NCBI GenBank assembly: GCA_965112155.1
Contig: OZ218102.1
Direction: 5' to 3' (one strand)
Length of the DNA stretch: 64,000 nt
DNA from: Podarcis liolepis
Lineage: Eukaryota
Under the pieces are notes generated by a model. The model did not search any database and was not told the DNA's origin. It saw only the letters and a program-made list of their open reading frames with translations. Made by a program: the position numbers and the translations under genes. Position 1 is the stretch's first letter. The number at the start of each line of letters is the position of its first letter. Below, in pieces: positions 1-13,658 of the stretch.

Positions 1-979
1 CACTCATCTAGAAGCATTCTGACTGGCTGTTACTATCCAGTAGTTGGGTCATGAGTTTTCCCTGAGACAAGTAAGATACAATAAATCTAGGAGGAGAGAT
101 CAAAAGACTCTGTTTCAAATGCAGAACCCATTGTAACAGTTGGCAGCGCAGATATTGTCTGCAAGTTGGAGGATGCGGAATCCATTAGCTGAGGTTTCTA
201 GTTCTCGAACAACCTTGCTCAGTGAATTGTCATTTTTAGCCCTGAGAAGGATGGTGTTTGTCAGAGCTTGTCAAAACCTGCTTAGAGAAGCCAGGGTATT
301 TTTTCCCCCACCCTTGATTCTTTTTAATTAGAACAACATTTGTCTGTTATCCCAGTCTGGCAGGCATAGGCCAAATGTCATGCTGCAGAACCATACGAAG
401 GTTGGCTTTGTAAATAGGTTAATTGTGCTGTCACTGCTCATGGTCTTCTTCCCGTCCACTCATGCTCGTCACCCAGTCTAAAATTTAAGAGATTCCTCTT
501 ATTTCTTTGGAACCCAGTAGCTTCGCTTTCCTGGTACTTAGTTTTGCTCCAGCACACAGCTTTCTGGGACTATTCTTACTGTATTCCAGCAAGTGGATTC
601 TCAAGGTTCCTCAGGCGGAACTGGTGCCCCTCGCTGTAGAAGCTTGAATGTCTACCAAGCATAATTGTGCATATTTGATATGGCACTCTCTGAACTTCCA
701 TTAGACGGGTTTGGCGAAGGTAGCATGTTGGAGTCCAAAACAGGATGCCTATAAAGCCAGCAGTTGGGTTGTTTATGCGATACTTCAAAGGTCTGTACCG
801 GGATCTTTTTGTTAGTGGTTTTGCATAGTAAACATAACTGAACTCTAGTGACTTCTAAAAGCATAATTTCCATCTTTTTTGGCTGTCTCTTATGTGGAAT
901 AACATTCTGTGACAGAACATAGGTTTTCATATTATGGTATGTGCTGAAGCCTAAATGGCTTGCCTAATGTAAAGAGGAG

Positions 980-1337
980 GGGATGCGGGTGGCACTGTGG
1001 GAGAAACCACAGAGCCTAGGACTTGCCGATCGGAAGGTCGCGGTTCGAATCCCCGTGACGGGGTGAGCTCCCGTTGCTCGGTCCCTGCTCCTGCCAACCT
1101 AGCAGTTCGAAAGCACGTCAAAGTGCAAGTAGATAAATAGGTACCACTCAGGTGGGAAGGTAAACAGTGTTTCCATGCACTGCTCTGGTTCACCAGAAGC
1201 GGCTTAGTCATGCTGGCCACATGACCCGGAAACTATATCCCGGCTCCCTTGGCCAATAAAGCGAGATGAGCGCCGCAACCCCAGAGTCGGTCATGACTAG
1301 ACCTAATGGTCAGGGGTCCCTTTACCTTTACCTTTAC
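980..1337 (+). mobile_element. Sauria SINE, full length
   Basis: tRNA-like head with B box (GGTTCGAATCC); (ACCTTT)n tail; 12-bp TSD tgtaaagaggag/tgtaaagaagag at 968-979 and 1338-1349. Confidence 0.9.
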
Positions 1338-2329
1338 TGTAAAGAAGAGGTCGCCCACATGTCTATCTGAGGACTGTTTATTCCACTAGAAAGTCTCAGC
1401 TTCAGCCAGTTGTGTTCATACTTTGCATGAGCTAAATCTTCATTGAGTAGTTCAGAAGACTTACAAAATTTTGCTCCTCAGAACTGGTTTCATAAAGAGG
1501 AGAGAGGGACTCTAAAAAAAGAAATACGTGCTGTCTACCTTAACAGTCTGCCCAGACTTTGTGAACTGATGAGGATTGATTAGCTGGTTAACAGCTTGAT
1601 TCAGTAATCTCCCAACAGCTAACAGCCTCTTCAGCAAAGAAAAAGATAGATCCTGTTAGGTTTTTGCCTTGTCAACAAGATGAATAACTTGAGCCATTAT
1701 AAATGTAGTTTCTTGACACGGTGTCATAAACACTTTGTGCAACTAAAGTGATTATTTGGTATGACGTAGGTAGGCTTAAAAGTTGTGGGCTTAAAAGTAG
1801 ACACAGTATCAATCTCACTTAGAATATTAGATGAATTTTGTCAGTGTAGCAGGTTCTCCCCCCAGCCCTACCCACAAACCTGGCAATATCTTCATGTTCA
1901 TATTATATGCAATGTAACTGATGGTGTTATCTTCCCAAATTAGACATTGGAATGGCTGTAGTCTCAGACAGTCTGCTTTTCATATTTTTAAACCAGATAG
2001 GGTAAAGAGAGCAGGTTTATGTTGGCTAACTATAAAAAAATTGTGTGTGCACTCATATGTGTGTGCATGCGCACGCACACACACCCTTACAAAAAACAGA
2101 ACATATGAAGGTATTTCTCTTTTGTTGTAAAATGATGATGAGGAACTAGGTGTGTAAAATATGAAGCAGCTGAGATGCAGGGAAATGTCATCCCTAAAAC
2201 ATTTTTGGACCTTCTACTTGGGCAAATCTGAGGAGATTCTCTGCTTAGTCTAAGGAAAATAATTGACTGTGTTTGTATGATCATATCTCTGCTTAATAAG
2301 CCAAGATATAAGTGAGCCTTTTCACTCAG

Positions 2330-2680
2330 CATACAGGACATCTAAAAGATTGTCTCACCCATTATAATATGCAGCTGATCACAGCATTCTGCCAGATGGG
2401 GGTCTCCTAAAGGTACCATCTCGTCAAGAGGTCTGTTCCATATGATGTAGGAATTGGGACTTTAGTGGGAACAGTTAACCTTTGGAATTCCTTCCTGTTG
2501 TGTATCAGACAGGTGTTGTCTTTATTTTATTCTCCATGTCTGTTGAAGACCATCCTCTTTCAACGAGGCTTATAAGTGGAAATCTTTGCCCCAATCTGTA
2601 TCCCTCTTGGATTTGAAATTGTTTTTATGTTGTTGTTTTTTAAATTGTTAAATCACTTCATGAAATGAATAAGTAAGTAA
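2330..2680 (+). mobile_element. Old degenerate L2-like LINE 3' fragment (approximate ends)
   Basis: Decayed similarity to the L2 ORF2 C-terminal region (...ctttggaattccttcct...gaagaccatcctcttt...) with an aata-rich tail. Confidence 0.45.
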
Positions 2681-2853
2681 ATACAGCCCTTTGCTTCAGC
2701 CAAGCAAACAAACCGGTAAGACTTCCATTACCTATTTTGCTGTGTCATCCCAACCAGGAAACTGTGGTTAAAGGCTTAAGAACCAGCCAGACCATTATGT
2801 TGTCTTAATATCTGGACTTGTTCAAAAGCTGTTGCCTATAGTTTCCCCATTAA

Positions 2854-3103
2854 GATGATGATGATGATGAGTTTGGATGTGATATCCCGCTTTATCCCTA
2901 CCTGAAGGAGTCTCAAAGCTAACAATCTCCTTTCCCTTCCTCCCCCACAACAAACACTCTGTGAAGTGAGTGAGGCTGAGAGATTTCAGAGAAGTGTGAC
3001 TAGCCCAAGGTTACCCAGCAGCTGCTTGTAGAGGAGCAGGGAAGCGAACCCTGTTCACCAGATTATGAGTCCACCGCTCTGAACCACTACACCACACTGG
3101 CTC
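2854..3103 (-). mobile_element. tRNA-derived SINE (Squam3-like)
   Basis: The minus strand reads gagccagtgtggtgtagtggtt... (A box), a gggttcg B box, and a simple-repeat tail seen as (gat)n on the + strand. Confidence 0.8.
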
Positions 3104-4374
3104 TATTTATTTGAAATTTCCTGGTTGGTTTGCCTGCTCATCTGAAGGAAGAAGCAAAGGAGCTGTGCATGTCACCAAAGGTCTCATTCATATATTAGTT
3201 TATTAAACTGAGATAATCTGGACTCATCCAGGACTCTTTCATGAGAGACTAGCGAAAGGGGAAGCACAAGTAAGGCTGCACTCCTAGGCTTGCATACTTG
3301 GGAGTATACGCCACAGAGCTCAGTGGGACTTCCTTCTGGGTTAATAAACATAGGATTACACCACAAGTCATATTTTTGCTTTGAAACGCAAAGAGGAACA
3401 TCATAACTTCATCATGTGTGAGAGATGCATGGGATCCAGATGTGGATCAGCTCATGCATATCCCACAGTTTACACAATATTTTTTTTTACCACTTTCAGA
3501 AATACGGAAGAACCTTCATCTTCAGTTCTTCATTAGTAAATGAGGGAAATAATAGGGGTTCTACATTAGAGTGACTGGAAGGACATGTGAGATAAAGCCT
3601 TTAAGTACATTGTAGATTAACAGTGCTATAGTAATTGCTTCTATTGATTACAATTACAGAATCATTTTTTTTTAATCTTTAGCTGCAGATATTGTAAAAG
3701 CTATTTACACACAGAGAGAAACAGAGTGCTTGCAAAAGTGTGAAATATGGTAAAGCAGTTCATAGCTATATAATAAATCAGTGCAAGAAGGAAAATATCT
3801 CTGATAAAGACATGGGGCATGCCTGTTAATTCCCATAAGGCAGCACACACACTATTTGCAAGTTGAAGAGTACTGCAGCGGAGCTTAGAATGAAGAGGTC
3901 ATTAAGGAATCTTCCGTGGAAAGAAGTAGATATTCTACATTACTTTAAATTGTATGAGTTTAAGATCAGCCTATAGCTAGGGATTGCGAAGACTTAAATA
4001 TAGAGGTAAGGACATTGGAGCTTGATAGGTGGAGTGCTGTGGAAATTGTACAGAGTTTTGGAAAGAAGTGATAAGATGGTGCTGGTAGGATTTTAGCAGA
4101 CGCTGTCTGGATTCAATGAATGACACTGAACTATAATGTAAGGGAACGAACAAGTTATGTTTTCTGTGTGCTAGAGAACTGAATGAATTATCTGTGTTAG
4201 CTAATTCACTTAATCGGATTGATGTATTGTAGGCTTTGGGTTGAAAGGGTCTTTGCAATGTGCAAAACGTTCACTGAAACAGTAATGATTGTTTCAGAAG
4301 GTGCCCAGCTTGCAACTCAGCCTTCATGCACCACACAAAGGGGCTGAAAGTGAGTCGAGCAATAGCACAATATG

Positions 4375-4376
<2 letters not shown>

Positions 4377-4421
<45 letters not shown>

Positions 4422-4744
4422 TTATTTGTACCCCGCCCATCTGGCTGAGTTTCCCCAGCCACTCTGGATGGCTCCCAATCAAGTGTTAAAAACAATACAG
4501 CATTAAATATTAAAAGCTTCCCTGAACAGGGCTGCCTTCAGATGTATTTTAAAGATAGGATAGCTGCTTATTTACATCACATCTGAAGGGAGGGTGTTCC
4601 ACAGGGTGGGCGCCACTACCGCGAAGGCCCTCTGTCTGGTTCCCTATAACCTCACTTCTCGTAATGAGGGAACTGCCAGAAGGCCCTCGGCGCTGGATCT
4701 CAGTGTCCGGGCTGAACGATGGGGGTGGAGACGCTCCTTCAGGT
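4377..4744 (-). mobile_element. L2-clade LINE 3' end with (TTA)n tail
   Basis: Homologous to 21721-22180; (AAT)n at 4377-4421 is the tail; 5'-truncated. Confidence 0.8.
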
Positions 4745-6385
4745 GACTGAGTGCTTGTCAAATTCATTTAAAAAACCTGCTTCATTCAGTGCTGACTGCT
4801 GCAGGCACCTGTGCCTTCCACATTCACAACCCACTAAGTTTAATTGGGAGAACTGCTCCAAACAGTTGCTGTGTAGGATGTGGGAACTGCTTTGGTTTCA
4901 AGTTCCTGCAGGGGCAAAGATGTATGCATTTGGGGTTCCCAGTATACGTCAGTAAACATCTTTTATCCTTTCAGTTGCACCCTATAGTTAGCCCTTTTAT
5001 ATAGCTGCTCTTTATAATTCTCTACCTATGTTGAGCTACTCCTGCCTGAGTCACAGTGCGGACGGGGGAATGGGACATTGCAGGAGCAGCAGTGATTGTT
5101 AAGACCGAAACTTTGGCTCCTCAAGGACTGTTTCCTGGTGTGTAATAGCTAGCTGAATGTACAAAGCACACCCAAATTTTCATTCTGGAATTGATGCTTA
5201 TCTTATATCACATTCCTGACCAGGAGGTCAGCATTGGGCTCATAAATGTGAAAAAGCAAGAGTTGAAAAGGGGAAAAAAATGCAGGCACAGAAAATCTTT
5301 TTTCTGATGCTTTAAAGTTCAAAGCCTGCATTCATAACATAGCAGTACCGGTGCCTTGCTGCCTAATGAGACTCTTAGGAAATAAAAGAGATTTTATGTT
5401 AACTATGGCCTGTAACCAAATAAGGGCACAAAAGTGCATTACTTGTGTGCGGCAGGATCTTTGCTGAGCTCAGAAGCTGCTCTTTTCAAAAGTGGGGATA
5501 TCCCTTTGGTGATGAAAGTTACTGCAGTGGAAATGGAAAGCTGCAACTGAAGTTCAGTGCACGGTTCTCTCCTGAACGTTTTTGTCCTGACCTACGTACT
5601 ACGGACTTTGTGTACTTGAAAGAGAACCATGACAGTGGTGACTTTGCCTTAGTATAAGGTGTTTCTGTTCTTTCAAGCCAGGGCACCCATTTATTTATTT
5701 ATTTATTTATTTTTACCAATCTCTCCTATCCATGAAAAGCCTCCCCTCCCCCAGCTGCTTCAGAGGTCTGGAGGGTTAGGATCCTGCTGATCAGAGTTGG
5801 AAATGGTTTTAGGCATTCCTGCATGGGGGGGGGATGGGCAAAAATTCTGTGCCCTGACTTGTGCAAGCAGAAGCATTTCCCCCTAAGAGTCACCGCTGAA
5901 TAAAAGCCCATCACTTTTCACAAACAGCAGATGTGGAGGAACACCTGTTTCTAGGTGACATCATGTGTACCTGCAGGCTGAAACACACACAATGAAGTAT
6001 TCCTCTGTCGAAACCAAAGCAAAATGCTAAAATCCTGTACATAGATAACCCAGTGTTGGGGCCACCCCTTTGCCTGACATGCTGGTTTTCTCTGTACAAA
6101 GCTGTTGAGTAGTTGTTTTTGTATAAAGGAGCATATAATCTATCTGATCTTCACCCTTTACATTCCTCCTCACAACATAATAAGAACAGAATTCATTATG
6201 ATGTAATTGCAGTCCATAGAACTACAATCTATGAAACACTAAAATATCTTCTTTTTTTATTATACCAGCAACAACTGAAACAGGATCAGCAGGGTATAAA
6301 ATCAGGCAGCTAAAAAATGGAAAGGTTAAAAAAGCAGCAGCAGTTAAATATGAAGCACTAAAATGCTAATTAAAAGCTGCTTGGA

Positions 6386-6628
6386 TATATAAGAATGAAT
6401 GTTTAATTATTAAGATACAAAAATACAACCTCAATAATGAAGTTAGAAAATAATAACAAGGAAGTCACACACAAGTGGAGGGAAGACACATGGCAGGAAA
6501 TAAGAAATCAATAATTTTTGGTACATAATGAGATGTGAAAATGTGAATTTGCAAGTTAATGTATATGTATTGTTATGTCAAGATTTCATATATGTATTGC
6601 AACATTAATAAAAAATAAAAAATAAAAT
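6386..6628 (+). mobile_element. 5'-truncated poly(A) retroposed insert (L1-like) with TSD
   Basis: Direct repeat aaaagctgcttgga at 6372-6385 and 6629-6642; TT/AAAA target site; A-rich tail with AATAAA. Confidence 0.7.
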
Positions 6629-7322
6629 AAAAGCTGCTTGGAATAGAAAAGTGTTCAGTGCCTTTAAGGCTGACAGTATACTGGTCACACATGCCTTCTT
6701 AAGAAGAAAGTTCATGAACATGGAGCTACCACCCAAAAGGCCCTGTTTATGATTCCTTCCCCTTTAATATTTCTTGATGGAAGGCTCATGAGCAGAGCCT
6801 CAGAGGCTGCTCTTAAGGATTGGTCAGGTTTATGCAGAGGTCAGCACTCCTTCCCATAACTAGGTCCCAAGCTTAAAAGGGCAGCCACCAGCACCTATGA
6901 CACAAAGCTCTGCGGACGTTAGACATCTGTTGTTGTTTTAGGAACTCTGTCCCCAGAGGTAGTGTTCACATATTGTAGTCAATTAAAAGAATGAAAAAAG
7001 TTCCTAGCCTCTCTTCCACATCTCTATATAAAATCTCTGATGTGCTATCAGGGATTTGCCAGAGAACAGACTACGTTGTTGTCCTTGAAATGGGAAAGGA
7101 TCTGTGTGAATTTCAATGTGTAGCATTTCTCAGCACTAAAGAATATGGACTAGGCCATGTTTATTCAGAACTCCATGATCTATGTAGGGCTTTGGATTGC
7201 AGCTGTGCCTCTTAAAATCTCAATAAACAACGGGAGCCATAGGTAGAGCGTTTAGTCATCTGGAAGTATGTCCTCTGTGCTCATCACTGCTCTCCATCTC
7301 CTGTGACTTTTCATAACTCTTG

Positions 7323-7515
7323 TGAGCCAGTGTGGTGTAGTGGTTAGAGTATTGGCTGGAATCAGTGCCCTCACTTTGCCACAAAACCCACTGGGTGACC
7401 TGGGCTCACAGGGTGACCCACCCCACAGGGTTGTGAAGGTAAAATGCAGATGGGGAAAATCATGTATGCCTCCTTGAGGTGCTTGAAAGAAAGTGTGACA
7501 TAGATCAATAAAAAG
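7323..7515 (+). mobile_element. Degenerate tRNA-derived SINE (Squam3/MIR-related)
   Basis: gagccagtgtggtgtagtggttagag head shared with 2854-3103; ctgggtgacctgggc core. Confidence 0.6.
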
Positions 7516-7874
7516 TAACTAAACAAATACCTCAATTTCTGTTCTGTTTTTTCAGTTCAGAAAATCACAGATGTCGGCACTTAGAATGAATTTGACTAGA
7601 TAATTACATCCATGCAGAATTGCTAATTTTGTATCATTTGGGTTTTTGTTCCTGCTGTATTTGGAGTTTTGTGACACTTCCACCACAGTGTTATGTCTGC
7701 CTTGCTGACATAGTGATGTAGGTTATTCCCCTATGGGTTTCTGAGCATCAGAACAGCCATTGTGGTCAGAGTAGAAAAACAATGAATTATTTTAAGGGTT
7801 AAAATGCATCATCTTTGTGAGCCCATGATGAGGGTTGGTGTCAGCTACTTAAAACACTTTTGAAATTCTCTTAG

Positions 7875-8003
<129 letters not shown>

Positions 8004-11000
8004 TAAACTCTCAGTGGCTAAATGTTTTTCTTTCTTTCTTTAAGTGATGACTTAGATTTATTTCCCTCCTAATTATCTTTTTTTAAAAAATGTGAAAATA
8101 ACTAAACGTAAAACTTAAAATGGACTTAGAATGGAGCATACATGAAGCAAAATAGGCCATACCATGAAGCAGTGACCATTAGTCGCTTCAGATCAGGCCC
8201 TGTTTTTCTGTTAGTTTGAATTCCTGTTTTTATATTCTTTTCTGTTACTGTTGTGTTTTTGTTTTAATGATCATTATTGTTCCTGCTTAGAGATTTTAAA
8301 ATACTAAACTGTTTATAAGTGCTTTTAAGTACAGTAAATTAACAAATGGAATGATGGGTTTTTTAAATTTAAAAAGGTCCTTGACATAATTCAGGGTTAA
8401 TCTTAATCACTTTGATAGGTTTAATTTGTGGTGTGTGGCCTGATTCTTTAAGACCCAAAGAAACTTAGGATGTTGGAGAACTATATATATCTCTCTTCCC
8501 CCTCCCCACAGCAAAATCTCCTTATTCAGCTGAGGTGAGCTAACCTGGAGACTAAACCATTTTTTTTTGTTTGAACACTTGTTTAAACAATGTTTATTGA
8601 AGGTGCAGCTCCAACGGCTGCCAGGAATGGTAGTAAATTGCGTTCCACATGACTCCATCCTGTACAGACCAGCTGCTGAAAGGGTGCAGCTGAATTATGT
8701 TCCCTCACCAGGGAGTGGGTGTGTCCACAATATCTAGCAAAGGAGGAAACCAAGGGAATATATACACTTCTCTCCTAAGAGTATTTTCTCCTTTCCTGGA
8801 CAGTACTTCAAAGAATTGTGTTGCAGAAAAGAAGTAGGGGAGTCTAGAAGGAAAAAACTTCTTTTAAAATACCAGGAATGAAACTTTCTGAAAAGGACAC
8901 TGTCTTGAAATCCCCACAGTGTGTGCAGTTTTACTTTTTTGGGAAATTTTCTTTTGTTTTCTGAAAGTTAGGCAAATATTTATCAGAAGCCCCTCGCCTC
9001 TTCTTCCTCTTTAAGCTTTTCAATGCCTTACATTCAAGAATATTCTGCAGTTTATTTTTCCTGGCAGAAAATATTGGTGACTTGCATGAATGAATGGAAT
9101 GGTAATGAGAGTTATGTCATTTATTGCTATGTCTGCTACTTTCATAGAGAGAATCATAAAAGTAAACAGTAAGGCCAAGATTTTCCATCGTGATTAGGGG
9201 TTTCTGAATGTGCTCAGTTGCCATCATGGGGTCTCGTTTCTTCTTCTGAGGGTCTAGAAATGCACTTTTTCTGAAAGCATGTACCTCCCTTTCTTAAAGG
9301 AAATCTATAGTATTTACAAACCCATTTTGGAAAATGTAGTGTTTGTCTGTTGATTCTCTTTATATTTATTTGGCAATGGCATGTTAGAATTTGGTTACAT
9401 TTTGAAACATTTGGTGCTGTTTTCAGTACTTGTTGGTCTCAGCTGCAACCATGGTAAGCTTTGTTTCACCGGGTTTGGGAAATGATCCAGAATTTGAAAT
9501 TTAGCGCAGAGTAAGAGTAAACAGCACTGGTAATGATGGGAAATGAACCCTGGGTTTCTTTATCCTTTGGTTTCTAACCTGCAGAAGTAAGAGGATTTTT
9601 CTGAGCTCAACACATTTAGGACTGTCCTATTTAGGGCTGGCATCAGTACCTAGCATCTTTGGGAAGCTGCCTGGGCCTTCCTTTAAATGCCCCTTCCCCA
9701 CCACCCCAGTTCAGTGCTCTTGCAGTTCTGGTTGGCTGGGTCTAGCCACCATTTTGTTTTCTCACAATACACCATAGTGATGCTGTATCAGAAGCCCTGT
9801 GGAAAATAAAAATGGTAGCTAGATTCAGGTGCCCAGTGCTGAAGTGTTAGACTCCACAGGGGACTCTTCCACTTGACTGTTTGGCTTTCAGTTTCTCCCA
9901 CAGAGGTGGTTCTTTGGTCACTATTCATATTCCATTCATCTGTAAGAGCCAGAAAGGTACACTGTGAAGATTCTTGCCCCTTTAGTTAGGTGATTGCTGT
10001 AGCATAGAGTTGAATTATGTGGTAATGCAGAATATAATTTAGAAACCTGCAATAGCTATTTCCCTTGAATTCCCTAGTGTGTGGGTCTCTTCCGTCCCAA
10101 GATAAATAATATAGGTGAATAATATTTTAAAAAGTTTCCTTCTGTTACCCCAACACTGTATTCCTCATACTTCCCATTGCTAAACACAGCTCAGAATGGA
10201 ACTGATTTGGTGCTACATTAGTTAACCAAACAGAGCAATCACATACTTAGATGGTGGTTAGATGACAGATCCAGGAAAAAGTGTGTAGAACTCTGCAGAG
10301 CAAATGTCCCTTCATATTTAATACACAACTGACCACAATCGGTTGCCCTGTGGTGAACCCATTTTGCTAAAACACATTGGCCCTCAATTAAATTTGAAAC
10401 AATTGAGTAAATTGTGGAATAGAAACCAGATTTAAATTGGGCAGTATAAAATGAATTTCTTTTTGCTTGTTTTAGTTGTTTGCCCTTCTACATAAACTAA
10501 TCTGTTGGGATTTATGTTTACTATTATTACTACTATTACTATTATTTTTACTATTTTCTTCACCAATGAGAGATTAACAGATTTTGAGTCAGGATTCTAG
10601 TTTGATGTGAAGCTCATATTAATGATCATTTTACCACACATCTTACCATAGATTTGCACATTATGTGTAGCAAAATCTTCCTTAATACTTGGCTAGGGTA
10701 ATGCAGATGACCAATCTTTTGTAGAGCTAGAGAGTAATTTACCCAATGGTAATTTGACCAGGGAGGAGGGGGAGAGAAGGAAGAGGCAAATTATGAAGCA
10801 TGTCTCTTACTGCTCCAGCCCTGGCGAAGGTGATGCCAAACATGAAAAACATAGAGAAGATGAATTGGGTGTAGGAAAGAGAAGTAGAAGTACTCAGGAA
10901 AGTTAATTAAATCTTCAAAAAAAATATGTTCATGAATAATCCAGTTACAGTGTGTGGATTTGTGATAAAAGTTCAGAGCATTAACCCAGAAATCTAAACC

Positions 11001-13432
11001 CTTTCCCCTTTATTACTCTTTCATCTCTTCTTGTACTTGCTCTTTTTATGTTCCAGGGATGAAGAGGAGGAAAAGCAGTATTAATAGTTGAGCTTCATGT
11101 GATACACAGGCATAGATTAGTGTAGGGAAGGAAGCCTCTCAGATATTATTCGTTCCTTGTGCTTTCAGCTAAGCTAACCTGTGGGCTCCCTTCTTTTCTC
11201 TTTCTCTTCCATGGGTTCAGCTGATTTCAGAGCAGACCTGTTTGATATTAATGGTAATGAATAGTGTTAAAATATGGCAGTACGTTATACTAATGTGTCT
11301 GTGTGACACGTTGTAGTGTAACCTCTTATTACATCACAGATTTTGGAGTTTTCTCAGCAAGCCTGTTGCCAAATGGTGACACAATGCTAAATTGGGAATA
11401 GCCATTATTAACTTGCCTGTAATAACTTTTGAAAGCCTGAATCTTTCACCGTGCATGCACTAATAGCTAGCAGAATGTGAAGGGTTTCATTTGAAGTGCA
11501 TATGCTAAATATTCTCAGCTGTTAGCTCAGATTTGTGAACGTAGGAAGTACATCACCATCTGATATTTTGCTGCAAATGTGAGAAGAACATTCGGCTGTA
11601 AGCAGAATTTTCTTAGTAGTCCAGTTAGCTTCTGGCTGCGCAGTAGAACTTGTCTGGAGACTCGGAAGTAAAACAGACACTGCCTTAGGTGGACATTTTG
11701 ATGATTGGTAATGTTCTCTACTTTTCGTGTTTCTTGTACTGAAATTATGACTTTGATTATTTGCAACAGAATGCTGTGTGCTTGTGTATGTGTCTGGTTT
11801 CCACACTGAGGAGCCAGAAAAGCTATAGAAGGGTAAAGTGATCCAAACTGGAAATAAGCCCATTCCTTCCCTGGCATCCTGATAGCGCACTCTTACCTTG
11901 CTCATGTCATGCGCTTGGTATGACCCTGTAGAGCGGCAACTGCTGCAAACCCTAGATAGGAACATTGTTGATATCAGAGAAAATGGAATAGAATTTGGGT
12001 ACTAATCGGAAAGGCAGTTGTACAGTTTGGGGGCTGCAGATTACGGGGAAAGGCAGAGAACATTTTATTCTATTTTTTAGAGGGTAGAAATGTAAGATCC
12101 TTCTAGCTCAGCATCTTGGCTTCAGTGGTACATGTACGGCTTTGATGAAATCAGCAATTAAATAAGCTGCAAGTATTTTTCACTCTTGAGTTGTAAGTTA
12201 CTGAAGGCTACCACATGCATTAAGGGTTTCTGCCTTGGCAATTTTAGCAATAGATGCTGAGCTCTACTGAAAATGACTGGCTCTGTCTAAACTCAGTAAC
12301 TCTGTTGCCCATCATGTTCTTTTCAGTTCAACAGCATAATGTTGTGTAAAAAAACAAAACCTGGTCTGTTTAAAGTCTCTCTTGATCTTAATATGTCAGA
12401 TAGCTACAGTTCTAGTGCTGTGAAAAAGGACAAACAACTGTTCCCTATTTACTTTTGCCAGTTCATTACATGTTTTATGTATCTGTTGTTCAGCAAATGT
12501 CCTTGGCGTTGTCCCGTTTTCAAGATGGGGCTCTTGCTTAGTAGCTACAACATGCCAGTGTTTACATTTCGGCTTGTATAGTCTCTATTGAAGGAGAGAA
12601 GATGACATGTTTTTAAAGCATCTATAGTACAGTTTGCCACTTCTGTTTTTCTCTGAGTACATCTTCATCCCCCATATAAATTGGCAACTTGGCCAGTAAT
12701 GACTTGCCTACTCTGCATTCATGTAAGCCTCTCCCAACCCCTTTCTTTTAATTAGAATTTCATGAATTTCAGTATTGGTCAATTTTTTAAATGATCATAT
12801 TCCAGGTATAAGATTATTGCCTTAATGTATATCCTTAAAACAGGGCCATAGTGGGTGTAATGTAGTTGGGAACCTAAAAGGGTGAGCAGGCGCTGAGTAA
12901 TATGTGTCTGTATTTTATGATTATGGCAGTAAAAACATGAGTCTTAGCCTGTGGAAGTAATCCTTTCCCCACAAGAATTGAACCATATAAACTAAGCTTG
13001 TTGTTCAGACCTTATATCGGGAGACGTTTGTCACGCTTATTATAAACTAGTACCTTACAAAAGAGTTATGGACCATTTCACTCAACATGAATTTTCTGTA
13101 TGATATCACTTCTGAGTTTGATACTGTGAATGCCATCATGTGCAGTGAAGAGAAGTAGTTATTTTACTGAATCCCCTGCATGCTTCTTGCTGTGCATAAG
13201 TTTGTTACATGCAACATTGCATGCATGCACCGGGAGTAACTGATTTCATAAATGGTAGTGACATATGTGTAGGAAACTGATCGTGTGTGAAGAGTAGAAA
13301 ACAGGCTCCATCAATCTAATGCCCTGTAGATGTTTTGGGCTACAATTACAGGCAGCATGGCAAGTGGTAAAGAATGATGGGAGTTGTAGTCGAATGACTA
13401 CACATTAAGCAAGTCTGGTCTACAGGCATGTA

Positions 13433-13658
13433 CAGTGGTACCTCAGGTTAAGTACTTAATTCATTCCAGAGGTCTGTACTTTACCTGAAACGGTTCTTAA
13501 CCCGAAGCACCACTTTAGCTAATGGGGCCTCCTACTGTTGCCATGCCGCTGGAGCCCGATTTCTGTTCTCATCCTGAAGCAAAGTTCTTAACCTGAAGCA
13601 CTATTTCTGGGTTACTGGAGTCTGTAACCTGAAGCGTATGTAACCTGAGGTACCACTG
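13433..13658 (+). mobile_element. Tc1-mariner/pogo (Tigger-like) MITE, family A, copy 1
   Basis: TIR CAGTGGTACCTC...GAGGTACCACTG; TA TSD. Confidence 0.9.

Noticed and set aside
4271-4495. Poly-Leu ORF (also poly-Asn at 31860-32156 and GRKE repeats at 50394-50624)
   Set aside because: These are translations of (AAT)n and (CCTT)n microsatellites.
11522-11965. 147-aa and 116-aa antisense ORFs in intron 6
   Set aside because: No recognisable homology or splice context; this length is expected by chance in 64 kb.
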